DNA of 64,000 nucleotides from Leucoraja ocellata (lineage: Eukaryota), in NCBI GenBank assembly GCA_036785375.1, contig JAWMAR010000268.1, positions 1,364,001 through 1,428,000 on the forward strand, written 5' to 3'. Made by a program: the position numbers and the translations under genes. Positions 23,478 to 37,619 of the stretch are shown here, piece after piece. Every line of letters starts with the position of its first letter. Within the stretch, counting starts at the first letter, position 1. The notes beneath the pieces are model-generated. The model saw only the letters and a program-made list of their open reading frames with translations. It ran no database searches and was not told the origin of the DNA.

Positions 23478-24504
23478 CTGCAGAAGAGAGTTGAAATTGA
23501 GATGTGCTGCCTGATGGACAACTAAATCTAAACTATACTATACACACAAGAGCTCCAGGTGATGACTTAAATAACTCTAACAGAGGACCTCCTTGCAGCA
23601 AAGCAGGGCAGGAGTTGTGTTTGCAACAAAATATATCTACAGGTTTTTGTTGTAGATTGTGAATTGTATTTTTAAAACAGCTGTTGGTTAAGTATTTTCA
23701 TCTATTTCCTTTGTTTTCTCATCTTTTCATCTGCACCCAAAGGAGAGGCATATAATATGTTATTAACTGCCAGTTTTTGACCAGTTGAAGATTTTACCAG
23801 GAGATCCGTATTATGTTTCCATGCCCTTGCACATTCATTTCCAGTTTGCCCATAGCATTTCATTAGAGACAATTATCTGATCACAGAAATGGCTACAATT
23901 GAAGATTGAATTTGTACTTCTTGATCAAGTATATCCTTGTCATTTGATGGTGCCCCTGCCCCTGCAGAATAAAGTCATCTATATCTCCATTAATCACAGG
24001 CAACTAATTTCTAGGTTGTTCAAACTAATGGCACAGAGTGGATCATAGTGGTTCATCTGCCATTTCCCCCTCTACAATGAGGAACTGGTTGGTTTCAAAC
24101 AACATGCATCTATTGTTCAATAGACGCTCTGTAACATGATGAGCCTACTGCCCCATGCCTTTAAGTTTGACTTAACCCATCACCTTAACCCCCACTGAAA
24201 CTTAATCAAGGTAAAGCCGGCAATTATACAACTTCAATTCACAACATGAACAGTATTTTATAAGAGCATGAAATAGGCATTAAGGCACTGTATCTGGTTA
24301 ACTATATTTTTCATTGCTTTCTTCCAGATGCTGATCAAATGAATATGCAAAAGTTAATGTCCCTTGGCACATTACTGTTTATTTAATATTTCCATTTACA
24401 AGGTAAGTAGTACATCATATTGCACTGCAGATTAATAGAATCGTAATTAAACCAATTGCTTGTATCACATCACAGGTTTCAAGTGCAAACTCATTTCATA
24501 TTGT

Positions 24505-25110
24505 ATACAGAAGGTTGGCCCACATGGGTTAAAGCAGTCCCCAGAAGTTTACAATAGGGAGGGATAGGGGTCAGAGAGGGATAGGGGTCAGAGAGGGATA
24601 GGGGGCAGAGAGGGAGTGTCCCCTCCCCACTGTGCTTGTCCGCGCCCGCGCTGCAATAACGACCGCCACCACCATGTTGTAGAACGTCAAGGAGCCCAGC
24701 GGAGTGTGCAGCACGACTTGAGCACGTGTTCAACAGCATCAATCCACAGCCCGGGGTGGGGGGGGGGTGGGGCTGGTCCATGTATCTCACAGCTCGTGGA
24801 AAACAGCGAGGATGAGCGTTAAAAATTCTGAGCAGCTTGCCGCGAGGAGCAGAGGCATTGTGACGTCACCCAGCTCACTTCAGCACGTTAGATTTAAAAA
24901 ATGCCAGATTGGTGAACAATTTTTGTGAAAAACTCAGGAAGTAATGAATCAAATTTTCAGATGAGGCGATTTTTGAAACCATGAGGTAAATCTCCACCGG
25001 AATATGTAAAAATGTCACCCTTACCGCGTCGGGTTTTCGAGGAGATGTGAATCAAAGAAAAAGCTCAAGCAAGCAAACACAAGATCTCAAGATCTATAAT
25101 AATATAGATA
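24505..25110 (+). mobile_element. GC-richer interspersed repeat, possibly Helentron-associated (HINE/DINE-like)
   Basis: Internal 3 x 18-bp tandem GGGATAGGGGTCAGAGAG (24560-24613), CpG-rich body, ends in AAGCAAGCAAACAC…AAGATCTATAATAATATAGAT. Class assignment is inferred from terminal style only. Confidence 0.35.
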
Positions 25111-28059
25111 CACACACACACCGAACAAAACTAAGCAGAGGGTGGTAATTTATTTAAGTACTTTATCTACGCTGCCAAGTGCGACACCAAATATCAAAAG
25201 ATGCAATCACCTCCATCCCACCTACATCAATTTCCTCTTTACATTAGCAGACCATGTTAAAATATTTGGGAAACGCATCTTTGACCATGAATACTTGTTA
25301 CAATAGATAAGTATAAAACAGGTACAATAGCCAATCCTGAGCTTATTGCAATTACTTTCAATTTCCAAGAACATGCATGGATGAAAAATATTTCCAGATG
25401 GTAAATACCATCTTGTGATGTATATTCTTAGGTTCAAAGCAACCATTTACAGCATTCTCTTACAAATTTAACCAATCTTATTTGAACATACTTCTATGAA
25501 GCTTAATGAGAAACATATTGGACAACGCTCAAGGGTTGGGTTAGAAAATATGGCAAAAGATTAATCAAAGATTCAGCTTTTAAATGCAGGGTGCAAGGGA
25601 AGTAACTGGTTTAGGAAGGACGTCTGGATATTAAGCCTCTGACAACTTGGAAGCCAAAGGGAATGGAAAAGCAGCCAAATTTAAGGAACAGAGATGTTAA
25701 ACATAGTTTTGGTAGTTAACTCAAAGCAGACTGTCATTTTACAACAGACAATGGATGCAGTTTCTCATATTAATCACCTTTTCACTAAATAAATAAATAT
25801 TAACAACTCTTTAATGGCTGAGATTTTCACAGGCATCTTGCTTGATGAACTAGCAAAATCCAGTATTCCATTAGTCTGTGACTTGTTCAGATTATAGGAT
25901 CATGACCAACTTCCATTTTGTGGAAGCGAAAAGTGAATACACAATTTCTATATTAGACCATGACAATACTTCAAGGATACTTGATGAGGTACCTTAGGAC
26001 ACCATGAAACTAACCCAAGAGGTGTCATATAAATGCAAACCTGTTTTTATTTAAATATATTTTGACAACACAAAGGTCTAAATTTTCAAAAAATGTTGTT
26101 TTCAACCTCGGGCCTCTTTCTTCTACAAATGGATGGGGGAAATGTAACAAGTGTATCAGGAAGTGGTGAAGTGGAGCCAGGGTGTTGATGTCCAATGAGA
26201 GGGGGAAAAAGAATCAGGCAAGAGTAAAATAAGATATTGAGGAAAAGAGCAAAATAATATACACCTGGAAACCTTTGGTACGCAAAACACCCAGTCAATG
26301 TCTATATTCTTTCTTAAACACTCTATATTCAGGATAATGGCTTCATTGAACTTCCAGATTGAAAAGATAATTACAAATGAGAAATTTATATTGTCCACGT
26401 TAAGACCTACATGGTTCTAATATAGGAACATCTGGATTGTCCAAAATGCAATATCAACATGATTGTATGCAGCCTCTGCTGGCAATAAGATTCTGACAGA
26501 CCTGGACAGACTTTAAGATGCAATCCCTGGTAGAGATGTGTCGGATCAGGCGCAATTATTTAAAGATGAGGGTAATTATTTCAAATCAGAATTGGAGGAA
26601 GAAGAATTGCTTTGGCAGGTTTGCAAATTAGGGGAATTCTTTATCTAAGAGCTGTAGGTGCGGATTCATTATATATATTCAAGACCAGTAACAGGCTTAT
26701 GTGAACATGAAGGAAAAAAGGAGTGATGGCCAAACGGAAGATTGTCTGTAATTAATACTTTAAAGTATACTTGTCATTTTGTGACAAATAACAAAATATT
26801 TAATATTAGATGCCGATTAAGAGAGAAAATAGTCAACAGGCCGAGAGGTTTAAAGAGGGAACTTCAGTGTGTGGCCCTTTGGAAGCTGAAAGAACAGACA
26901 ATAATGGAGAACGGTCTAGTTGAAGGAATTTGGGGAAAGTAAATATACTGGAGCACTGCAAAATCAGAGATCAAGGATTAGGGAGATACAAAGCTATTGC
27001 TTTTATTGCCATAATCAAAAGGCAGTGAACTGAGTTAACAGATGGGCAAGAAAGCTAGACCAAGACTGCGTGGGAAATAGTCAAATCACATGGTAACAAA
27101 AAATTATTGGAGGGTTTTGCTAACAAGCAGAGATAGACTTACTCTGGCAAAGTTCCCAAATTTAAACAGAAGTCGAGTTGGATGCTTTTCTTAGTCAAAT
27201 ATGACACTATGATTATCAATGATCTGGTTCAGTTACAGGAAGGTAAATGGAACCAGTAGCTAGGCTTATTTGAATGGAGGGAATTGCGGCTCATTTAAAA
27301 CTCATGTCAAACAAAGCATTGCAACTTAAGAGTCAGTGGAAGGTCAAAAATGGTGAAGTGGCATTTCGACTATTCTTGCCATTCCTAAGTTGTCTTTCTT
27401 CACAGAAAATTCATACATACCCATCATAAATTGGGATTAAGATGAGTTGAAGTGAGCTGTCTGTTTCTGACTTGTTTTCTTGGGTGAAATCCAGTCATTG
27501 TTCTAATGCCTAAATCTAATCTTCCATTTGTTTTTTTTATTGAATGCGCTCAAATGGTAGAATCTTGGAAAAGATAGAGCTAAATAATAAATTCTACAAG
27601 AAACAGTTAATAAGAGTGAAATCATGAAGGTGAAAAGTGAATGTCACACCACATTGTGTTTGATGGTCGGCAGCGACTCCATATACCGAAAGGCCTATAT
27701 CCTTGCTGTATCTCCCTGTAAATCCATGACCATGCAAACAAAGCATACAAAAAATAAGCAACGTTAAAGTGTTGATGTTTAATTAAATGACAGTATTTCC
27801 CTACGTATTACAGGGACAGGTGTGTAAGGCATTGAGATTTTGGATAGCAATCAGTCTTGAACTTTCATTAATAAACCTGAGGTGTTTATTTATGAGGTCC
27901 ATTATTTTCTTGCCATTGCTTTCTAATTTCAATTATCTTTTATGATAAGACCGGACATACTTAAATCTAGCTCAAGTACAATACCAATGCTAACTGGCAT
28001 CCTTTCCACTTCCAAACCACTGCTCTAATCATTTAGAACAAACTGCACACTAATAGGGT

Positions 28060-28330
28060 TGCATCAGTCTCCACTATTGTTTCTGTACCCAGAAAAACAA
28101 GGATGACTGGTCTTAATGACTACAAGCCTGTCACACTGACCTCTGAAATCATGAGAACCCTTGAAAGACTTGTGCTGGTCCACCTGAAAAGTATCACAAA
28201 CCCCCTGCTGGATAAATAGATCATAGAAGCATACAAAAATAGGTGCAGGAGTAGGCCATTCGGCTCTTCGATATGACCATGGCTGATAATCCAAAATCAG
28301 TACCCCATTCCTGCTTTTTCCCCATATCCA
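28060..28330. mobile_element. Composite: Rex1/Babar LINE fragment (plus, 28060-28215) followed by CR1 tail (minus, 28220-28330)
   Basis: 28060-28215 resembles 32400-32550; 28220-28330 is the reverse complement of the CR1 3' end (GGTGCAGGAGTAGGCCATTCGG…CATGGCTGAT). Confidence 0.65.
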
Positions 28331-28889
28331 GAGCTGCCAAGTTTTGTCAGAGCATTTCAGTATTCTAATACCTGAAAATCAGTATTTTGCTGAGGAAATC
28401 AGTATTTTTACGCGGTACCATTTTGCTGAAAAAAAGGGTTATTTTTTAATGTGCGGTCATACCCATGTAAGAGTACAAGAATGCATAACTTTGCTACCAA
28501 TTGACAGGTCTTCTACGCACCTTACTTGACAGTGCATTCATTGCCATCTCTTTGTATACTGCTGTTTGAACAGCTGCTTCCTACTTTTAGCACCAGATGA
28601 TGATGTAGAAGCCATTTTGGAAGCCTCCCTCTCCCCTCTCTTTCCCTCCCTCTCCCTCCTTCATTTTTTTCTCCCTCTCTCTCCTAACAGTCTGTGACCC
28701 ATAGCACTGTGGCCACAGCGCTATGTGTAAAGGCAATAGCGCTCCAACTGGGAGTTCTATTTTTAGAACCCATAGCGCTGTTCATTTGAAGTCCCGCGCG
28801 TTAAAACCTGGAGCGGGACAGGCAGATCAAAAATAATCATCCAGATCTTGAAATTTAAAATATTAATAGATCTGCTATAATTTTTAGAG

Positions 28890-29067
28890 GTACAGTACAA
28901 ACCTGTATGTCTTTGGAGTGCGGGAGGAAACTGAAGATCTTGGAGAAAACCCATGCAGGTCACAGGGAGAACGTACAAACTCCATACAGACAGCTCCCAT
29001 AGTTGGAATCGAACCCAGGTCTCCAGCGCTGTATGGCAGCAACTCTACCGCTGTGCCACCGTGCTGC
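28890..29067 (-). mobile_element. V-SINE 5' portion
   Basis: Reverse complement has GGCAGCACGGTGGCACAGCGGTAGAGTTGCTGCC…GACCTGGGTTCGATTCC (A and B boxes) and a V-domain. Confidence 0.8.
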
Positions 29068-32000
29068 CCATTGATATCAATTTCTTGCAAGATGCCTCCA
29101 ATAAATATCCCAATATCAGACCAGTTTTAGCAGCCCAGGTGACAACCATTTTCTAAACCAAAAGATTTTTCCAGAGAGACCACCTGCCACGAAACTCCAA
29201 AAATTCCATCTGCCCCTATGGAAAAGTTAAAAGTCGCAGAATAAGGTTGGTCAAATCCCTCTCCTGTATGCTTTGCAAGATCAATGGAGCACATTTTATT
29301 TTACATTTTCCTAGCCAGCTTATTGATACATATTTAATAGTGCTCTTCAACCACTACTGACAATAGTCGAGAACTCAAAGACATTCTCAACTTCAGCAGA
29401 ATTAATTAGTTTAAGCTGTAAAAGACAGATTTTGGGAAATATTGATAATTTTGTCTTTCTTGTTTCAAGAGGAACAATTCACACAGTGAATTCACTGAAA
29501 ATAATTTTCCTGCTCTGGATTAGCAATGTTGACTTTGTCAACCAGTTATCCTCTACCTAATCTTAATTTTAAAACAATTACTTGGTAAATTAACAATGAT
29601 TGAAGGGAGGTATTAAGAGTTCTTCTCATTGGCCAGACATGGACAAGAGCCAACGCTTTCAGGATGCAAACATTTCCTTTCCTTTCTATTTGAAAGCTAA
29701 ACTCCAGTTTCAGATACTCAAAAGCTTACGGTTACATTTCATCTCATTGTGAATATCTGGCTGGGATGTGGGGAAAGAACTGGAAGAACATTTCTCTCCT
29801 CCAACTCTATTAAATGGTGACTGGACTTTCAGCACACAATTAACGGCTCCAGGATCCATTTACTGGACAGAAAAAACTTTTCTCCAACTAAACATTGACT
29901 GGTCACCGTCGTTACCATTTTTCTTTACGACAACTATCTGAAACTATTCACCAATGTTAATGCCATGTTTGACCTCCAACCATACACCTTTGGCATCACA
30001 AGAGCAGTGAGCCGTGCAGCACAAAGACAGGCTCCAAGCCACATGTCTGCGTTGAACAGCTAGCACTTTTTGCCAGCTATGTAATGTCACCCAACTCTGC
30101 CTTCCCAAGCTCAATTGTTGCCACAAGCCACATCCATATATTGCTAACTTTAGGCTCAACTTTCCCAGTGCTGTTTCAGCTATCTCCCATGTGCCATCAT
30201 ATAAATACAATAGGTTATTCTGTGCCACAGTTCTCCCATTCAAGTTCTGTACATCCATCATCCTGTAAACTCCCTGACCTTTATTGGATACTAGTTAAGC
30301 AGAAATCAATTTTAAAATTTAGCATCATTGTCATATTGTTTTACAGCCTCATCTCTTCCCAGTAATCCTCCAAGTCCGACTAATTCCTCCAAATCTGGCT
30401 TCTTGAGAGCCCAAAATTTTAATCACAAGCCCACACCTACCAAGACACTAAGCTTTGGTTATCCCCAATGGGTTTTTTTCCATCCTTCAAGATGGTCCTT
30501 AAAACCAACCTGTATCAGCCCTAACATTGTATATGGGTCCACATTAAGGTATGTTTGACAAAGTTCCTTCGAAGCACGTAAATAACTCTCAATAAAGAAT
30601 AACTTTCAGACTGGATCCAGTATCCAGCCCAATATTTTACCCAGCATATTGGTGCGGACATTGGTGCACCCAACGACATTGTAGACTATTCACAAGCACA
30701 TTTGAGTTAAATGTATGCGACCAATACTTAGATGAAACAGAAAATATAAACTAATTTGATTACAGAGGGATAAGGGAAGGAGCATTAAAAATTCATCTAA
30801 AATGTTAATTGAGTTAACAGATAACTTCCCTGCTGGAAAGAATATTGTAAGTTCTTGTAATGACCATGAATTGCAAAGTACATGTCATCTAAAGACATCT
30901 GCAGTCCATGTGTTACTTGACAACCCACTATAACTAAAACATTTCCATGGCCCAAGAAATAGGCCAAATTCTTTAAATGCACATGAACAATTTGATCAAA
31001 ACCACAAAATTCTACTCTGCAATATAAAGGGTGAGCAACTTTTGATGTCAATTATAGGAACCATAAAACCCTTCTGTTAGGCAAAACAAAGAACAACTTC
31101 TGGCACAAGAAATTTACAGACCCTATTCCACCACCAGAAATACATATAACACAGTACAGCACAGCAACAGGCTCTTCAGCCCACAATTCTGTGCCAAACA
31201 TGACGCCAAGTTAAATCACTACATACCAGGAAAATCATATAAACATTAGTACTCACAACATCTACGACAATCAACCTAACCAGGAAGTGCAGAAATACTT
31301 GAAAATATTCTGTCGCCGATTTGATGCTTCTGGAAAATTTGCTTTATAAACTACATCTGTATTACATACAGCTTGGGAATTTTAGACAATTAAAAATACA
31401 ACTTAAAGAGACACCTCTTAATCTTTTTCTCTAACCTCGACTGAAAATACCAACTTCCAGGGTCCCACATTCTATGGCCCATTCCTTATCAAATTCTTGA
31501 CCACATGAATTATATTGTTAACCAAGTACAAGAGCAAGCCCAACTCCTGCATCAAAAGACATTCAGGAAGGAGTAATGGCATATTTTCCCCCTCTAATTG
31601 GAACTGGAGTATTAAAGAATGACAACTTGAGGCTGCAAGTTGACGGCAATATCTGCGTAAGTTTGGAGAGGGTGGCAGAATACTGGTCGGGTGAGGAGAA
31701 GAAAGCGGATTGAAAGAATAGCAAGAGGAGTGAATTACAGGGGGAAGATAAATCAGCTGGCCTATTCATTGTACATAGCCACTCGGCATGGCTCATTATT
31801 TCTTTGCTACGTTCATGACCCTGCCTTTGTTTATTTCCAATGACACTTGCTTTCAGATGATAAATTATCCTCTTTAGAATATCTTTAAAGTTGGCCATTT
31901 CAGCATGGAAACAAAGGCCATATGTCATTTTGCAGTCAGGGAACCAAAGTCCTATATGCACAAAGAGGGCAAGGCAGATGTGAAGGCAATAAATTCCCTT

Positions 32001-32344
32001 CCCTTCAGATGGCTCACGCATCCCTTTTGAAGCAAGTTCATGTTTATTATTTCAGTTGGGTCCAAATAGCAATCAATAATTAAGGACATTTCTATTTCCA
32101 AAGCAACATTTCTTGGTCTGATTTTTTTTCAGGTAACTACATGCATATTACTAGTAACACTACTACTACTAGTGTCTGTTTGAATTAACCAAGCTAATTG
32201 TACAGATTGTTTAAACTACTATTATCTTCTTGCAAAAATGTACTTAAAAAAATAAATAACGCTTGAACATGCCTCAGTTTTAAGTAATTTTAAATTGCAT
32301 GTGTCTGCACTCAAGCCACAAATTTAGCATTGATGGTATCTTCC

Positions 32345-33785
32345 AGGAACATGGCAAATGTCCAACCATTCCCTGCAAACCTGTACTGTCCCTGCCTGCT
32401 GCAGTCTCCACTATTGTCCCTCTACCCAAAAAGACAAGGATTACTGGTCTTATTGACCATAAGCCTGTCGCACTGACCTCTGCAGTCATGAAGATCCTTG
32501 AAAGACCTGTGCTGACCAAGCTGCAAAATATCACAAACACCCTGCTGGGCCCTCTGCAGTTTGCATACCGGGCCAATAGATCAGTGGATGATACAATCAA
32601 CCTGGGCCTGCACTTCATCCTCCAGCACCTAGACCACCAGGGATTTTGTTTGTTGATTTTAACCCTGCATTCAACACCATTTTGCCAGAGCTACTACACT
32701 CTAAACTCTCCATGTTGACTATGCCTGAACCCCTCTGTCAGTAGATCACCAACTTCCTGTCAGACAGGAAGCAGCATGTGAGGCTGGGAAAGCACATCTT
32801 GGACCCGCAGACCACAAGGCTGCGTACTCTCTCCTCTCCTCTCTCTACACCAACGACTGCACCTCCACAGACTCCTCTGTCAAGCTTCTCAAGTTTGCGG
32901 ACGACACAACCCCGATTGGACTGATCCAGGCGGGGGAGGAATCTGTTTACAGACAGGAAGTGACACAGCTGGCGTCCTGGTGCCTTTGTAATAACCTGGA
33001 GCTCAATGCTCTTAAGACAGTGGAATTGATAGACTTTAGGAGAGTTCCCCCTCCCCTCCCTCACCATCAACAACATCACAGTCACATCTGTGGAGTCTTT
33101 TAAGTTCCTTGGAACCATCATCTCCAAGGACCTGAAATGGGGGGCCGCAATCGACTCCACATATTAAAAAGGCCCAACAGAGGTACTTCCCGTGGCAGCT
33201 GAGGAAACACAATCTGCCACAGGCAATGATGGTCCAATTCTATACTGCCATCATAGAGTCTGTCCTCACCTTCTCCATCATGGTCTGGTTTGGCTCAGCC
33301 ACCAAGCACGACATCCGAAAGCTGCAGTGAATCGTCTGATCAGCTGAGAAGGTTGTTGGCTGCAACCTTCCCTCTCCCCCTCCCCCCCCCATTGATGAAC
33401 TGTACACTGCAAGGGCCAGGAAGCGAGCGGGTAAGATCATCTCTGACCCCTCTCACCCGGGCCACTAACTCTTTGAAGCATTTCCCTCTGGAAGGCAACA
33501 CCGGACTGTCAAAGCCACCACAGCCAGGCATAAAATCTTTTTTTCCCCACGAGTAGTAGCTCTACTCAATAGCCAAAAGTCTGTAGCCTCATTTTGCTCT
33601 GTTATTCTATTTCATTCACATGTTTAAACCGTAATGTTTTATTATTAATGTTTAATGTTTTATGTGTCATTCTTAATTGTCACTGTGTGTCGTGTTGTTA
33701 CTTGCGAGGGGAGCACCAAGGCAAATTCATTGTATGTGAATACTTGGCCAATAAACTTATCCATTCATTCATCATTCATTCATTC
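32345..33785 (+). mobile_element. 5'-truncated Rex1/Babar-clade non-LTR retrotransposon (disrupted reverse transcriptase)
   Basis: RT motifs PVALTSAVMKILER, LQFAYRANRSVDD, KFADDTT, with frameshifts and stops; 3' end AATAAA followed by a (CATT)n tail. Confidence 0.9.
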
Positions 33786-36041
33786 AAACAAAAACTAGGT
33801 TGACACTTTCATATAATGCTTTGAGCATGATGGAGTGTCAGAGATCCCGTAAATTAATAGATGATTGATGCAGAAACATTCATTTGACGGTTCAAGAACT
33901 GCAGTGGTCCTGCTTCACCTCACTGTTTCTTGTGGAGCCCAGTTTATTTATGTCTGCTTACACAACAACATTGTTCACTTTGTAATGCCCTGTAATCTTG
34001 GGTGTATTCCATACAGTCTAATGGCTACTGGGAAGGGACCTCTTCTTTCAGGTACACAAAAATATCTTGTGAATCATTAAGCAACTTTTCAAAAGTGAAA
34101 TGGAACTGTTAAGCACAGGGGTGATTACCAAGTCGAAATACCAAGATTAATGGTTTAATGTTTAAGATGCAAGCAGTACAAATGCTTACCATAATGTTAT
34201 ATACGCACAGTCCCACGAGTTATGAATTGCTAACTGGAGTCATTTGTGTCACATTTAAAATCCCAAAACAGTTTTCTCAGAATTTTCTTGAGGTTTCTGC
34301 TGATGTTTACCACTAACATTTCTCAGCTGCAGCAAACACAACCCACACTCTACCTTCCAAATATTTTCCCCACTATAATGTATTTTCTTAAAACACCATC
34401 ACACTATTCGGATGGAATAACTGCTTGAAATGAAATGACTCAATTTGCAGACAAGGGCAACAGGCTGAGATGAGTAAACAGCATTGTGTATAAGAGTGGA
34501 TAGCTTGTTAGGATCATTAAAATCAAGTTGAAGATATTATATTGAAATTAAAAAGATAACGGGCTTTCTGATTGCATGTGGTCATGTTAATTATTTATGT
34601 CTTGTAATTTTCATTCTCATGTACTGGATCTGCTGTATATTTTCACCAGAGCTTTGTGGGAAAAAATCAGTAGGAATAGAATATTTATGAAAGTTATGGC
34701 AGTAGTTTATCATGTGATTTTTGATGGGACATCTGGTTTAAATTGATCATTTTTGATGTTTTGTCAACTTACCTGTGTTGGTGGTCACCAAAAACAATGA
34801 AGTATATTGCAGGACATAGAAATGTGCAAGATAATTCAGGGACCTATGTGGACCTGTACAGTCTACAACTCAACCCAGCAAGCAAACACATTCTTGTTTG
34901 TAAACTTGTTTTATTTGAGAAATAATGAAAATAGAAAACTATACAAAGTAAAAAAAATACATATAATTTAACCCCAAATATAGAAAGTCAACATGCATTG
35001 GATACATATTAAACGAGAAAGTAGAAAGAGTGAATAAAATATACCACAAAAGCTGCATTTCTGGTAACAAATATCCAGTTAATAGTTCATTTTGAAAGGG
35101 GCACACTTAACAATGCTACAGTCATCAGCTAAGGATGTTGGCGAGTTCACTTAAGCACAACCTCTTCCACCACATATTCAGGCAACGATGTTAAACAACT
35201 TTAAGTAACTTTCTGGGATCTCTGAGGCTGAGAGGCAGTTAGAAAACATCCATAAATGCATTTACTCAGCAGTTCACACTTCAAATAAAATCCAGCTTTA
35301 TTGTAAACCAAGCCAAGTCTCTGTAATAACTGAAAATATTTAAACAATCCTAACTATGGTCCATTTAGTTTTGAAAGATTGATTATGTACTTTATGCCTC
35401 AAATCTAGTTGAAGTAATGATGAGGCACATTTGAGAGAAGGGGAGGATATTTCTAATTAGCCTTTGAAAATACCAATTCCCATGTACAAACTCGACATTA
35501 TTGAGATCCACATGAATGCTGTATTGGGAACTCATTGCAGACTCGAGCGACTTGGAAAGGATGTGTTTAAATCTCACAAGAAATGGTTTGCAGCCATGCC
35601 AATTCCAAAGCCCATTGTCACTATGTTCCTGCTTGTACTATCAACAGTTGACAGCAAATAGATTGTGGGATAATTTGAATGGACTCTGCCCTTTGCATTC
35701 CTTCAAAGGTGACACTTCAACTCTTTGGGAGCAAAAATAAACTATAGAATATTAAACGCTTGGATTCCAAGCACAGGCTAACATTCCTAATTTCCCAATA
35801 AACTGAATTCCACAATGCAAGAGACTGTGGTGGAACCAAGTTGTGCAACATTATAAGAATAGAAGAGTGACAGTTGCCTGGAATGCCTGGGTGGGTAGTT
35901 TCCTAAATGATACACTAGTTTGCTTTAGGGATGTCATGATTAAGGAAAGAATGTGGTCTAATATCTAATGCTTACCAATACTATCGACATTCTTATGTCA
36001 GAGTCCAGCATGACCTGTTATGAGAGTACAGGCAAATCTAA

Positions 36042-36265
36042 GGTAGACACAAAACGCTGGAGTAACTCAGCGGGACAGCCAGCATCTCTGGAGAGAAGGA
36101 ATGGGTGACGTTTCGGGTAGAGACCCTTCTTCAGACGGAGATTGAGAAGGGCCTCGACTCGAAACTTCACCCATTCCTTCTCTCCAGAGATGCTGCCTGT
36201 CCTGTTGAGTTACTCCAGCATTTTGTGTCTACCTTCGAATTAAACCAGCATCTGCAGTTCTTTCC
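36042..36265. mobile_element. Penelope-derived inverted pLTR pair (hairpin) with hammerhead-like cores on both arms
   Basis: 36042-36135 and 36140-36235 are inverted copies (GTAGACACAAAACGCTGGAGTAACTCAGCGGGACAG…/…CTGTCCTGTTGAGTTACTCCAGCATTTTGTGTCTAC). Confidence 0.75.
36103..36136 (-). ncRNA. Minimal type-I hammerhead ribozyme-like motif (PLE type)
   Basis: Minus strand GU-CUGAAGA-A-GGGU-CUCU-ACCC-GAAAC-GUC-ACCC: conserved CUGANGA and GAAA cores, 4-bp stem II, GUC cleavage triplet; helix I and III are minimal. Confidence 0.5.
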
Positions 36266-36534
36266 TAAGTCAAATCCAATTTGCTGTAACCTCAAGAACA
36301 CACACCATTCAGTGCAATGGTGCAATTTGCTCGCATGTATCCATCATTTGTCGCATGCAATACTGATTTAGGTTTTTCTCCTGTTGTGAACTGGATAAAA
36401 ATTTCTGGAAGTGACTTCCAATTTTCGGAATGATATACAAGACCATTTCAGCCAATTGAATTGATGCTGGCTCAGAGTAACCAATTGCTCCTGTACCTAC
36501 TTTCTCCACATTCTCATCAATTTTACAACCCACC

Positions 36535-36885
36535 TACCCATTTGGGGCAATCTGTAGCAGTCAATTAACCTACCAACTGTGGGAGGGAGCTGAATCACCT
36601 GGGGAAACCACGGTCATAGGTATAATATGCAACTGCCAAACAGACAGCGCTGAAGATCAGGACTAAATCCAGATCAATGGAGTAGAAAGGAACTACAGAT
36701 GCTGGTATATACTGAAGATCGACACAAAGCGTCAAGTAACTCAGCAGGTCAAGCAGCATTTCTGGAGAAAAAGGATGGATGATGTTGGGTCTGAATAAGG
36801 GTCCCTACCTGAAGAATCACCCATCCTTTTTCTGCTCCAGCACTTTGTGTCTATCACCAGATCAGTGGTGCTGTGAGGCAACAGA
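36535..36885 (-). mobile_element. Old V-SINE interrupted by a Penelope-derived insertion (~36681-36856)
   Basis: SINE remnants on both sides; the insertion is flanked by the direct repeat CCAGATCA(A/G)TGG (36669-36680 and 36857-36868). Confidence 0.55.
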
Positions 36886-37619
36886 CCTAATCGCAGAGAA
36901 GCAGGCTCCAGCAGTTTCCCAAACTATCATTTGGGTTGGTTTCAATATTTATCCAGGCATGTTAGTACAACTTCAAGAGGGAGGTACAGCAACTGAATAA
37001 ACATTACACCATTTGGAGCTTATGTCTCCAAAGCATTCATTCAAAATTTAAAGGACAGCACCTCTGTTCAGGAGTGGTATGTTCTTAAAATGTTATAAAT
37101 ACTATAACTGGTAGTGAGATAACACATTTGCCACAGCAAGACCTCATGGAGTTTAACAGGACTATTATTAACCAAATGTGGCACTGTGGCAAATGTCAGT
37201 GAAGATGTTCAGATGCTTGGCCAAGGAGTAGTTTGAGTTATATACAACAAAATATAGAAGTTTATGGGAGGATTTTTATTATTTAAAAGGCATCAGGGTC
37301 TTGAATGCATGCCCGTTGATAGTGAACACAATCAAGAATGGCTCAAGAAATCAGAATGCGAGTTTAAATACCTCAAAGCTGTCCAGCTCGGGAATACTTG
37401 AGTTAGTAGGCTATTAGTCATGTATGTGTTCAAAAAGAAGAATTCAAAAAGGTGTCTATCAACTGGGAGTCAAAGGTAGGTCACCAACAAGAGTAACAGG
37501 CAAAGGGGAATTCTTGTAAGATGAAATTGATTTTGGGTTGACATCGGTTTATAGAAATATGAATGAGCAAGAGCAGTCAGGATTGCATTATTATCTTTCT
37601 TACCTCTGGAATTCATATC

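Noticed and set aside
31563-32021. 152-aa minus-strand ORF in the BRD4 intron
   Set aside because: No homology and no convincing splice sites; probably chance or a decayed repeat.
32299-33556. Functional reverse transcriptase gene
   Set aside because: 5'-truncated, with multiple frameshifts and in-frame stops; a dead LINE copy.
34773-34862. Possible cassette exon with CAG|gtaagt donor in the long BRD4 intron
   Set aside because: Weak acceptor and no BET-like peptide; indistinguishable from a pseudo-exon.
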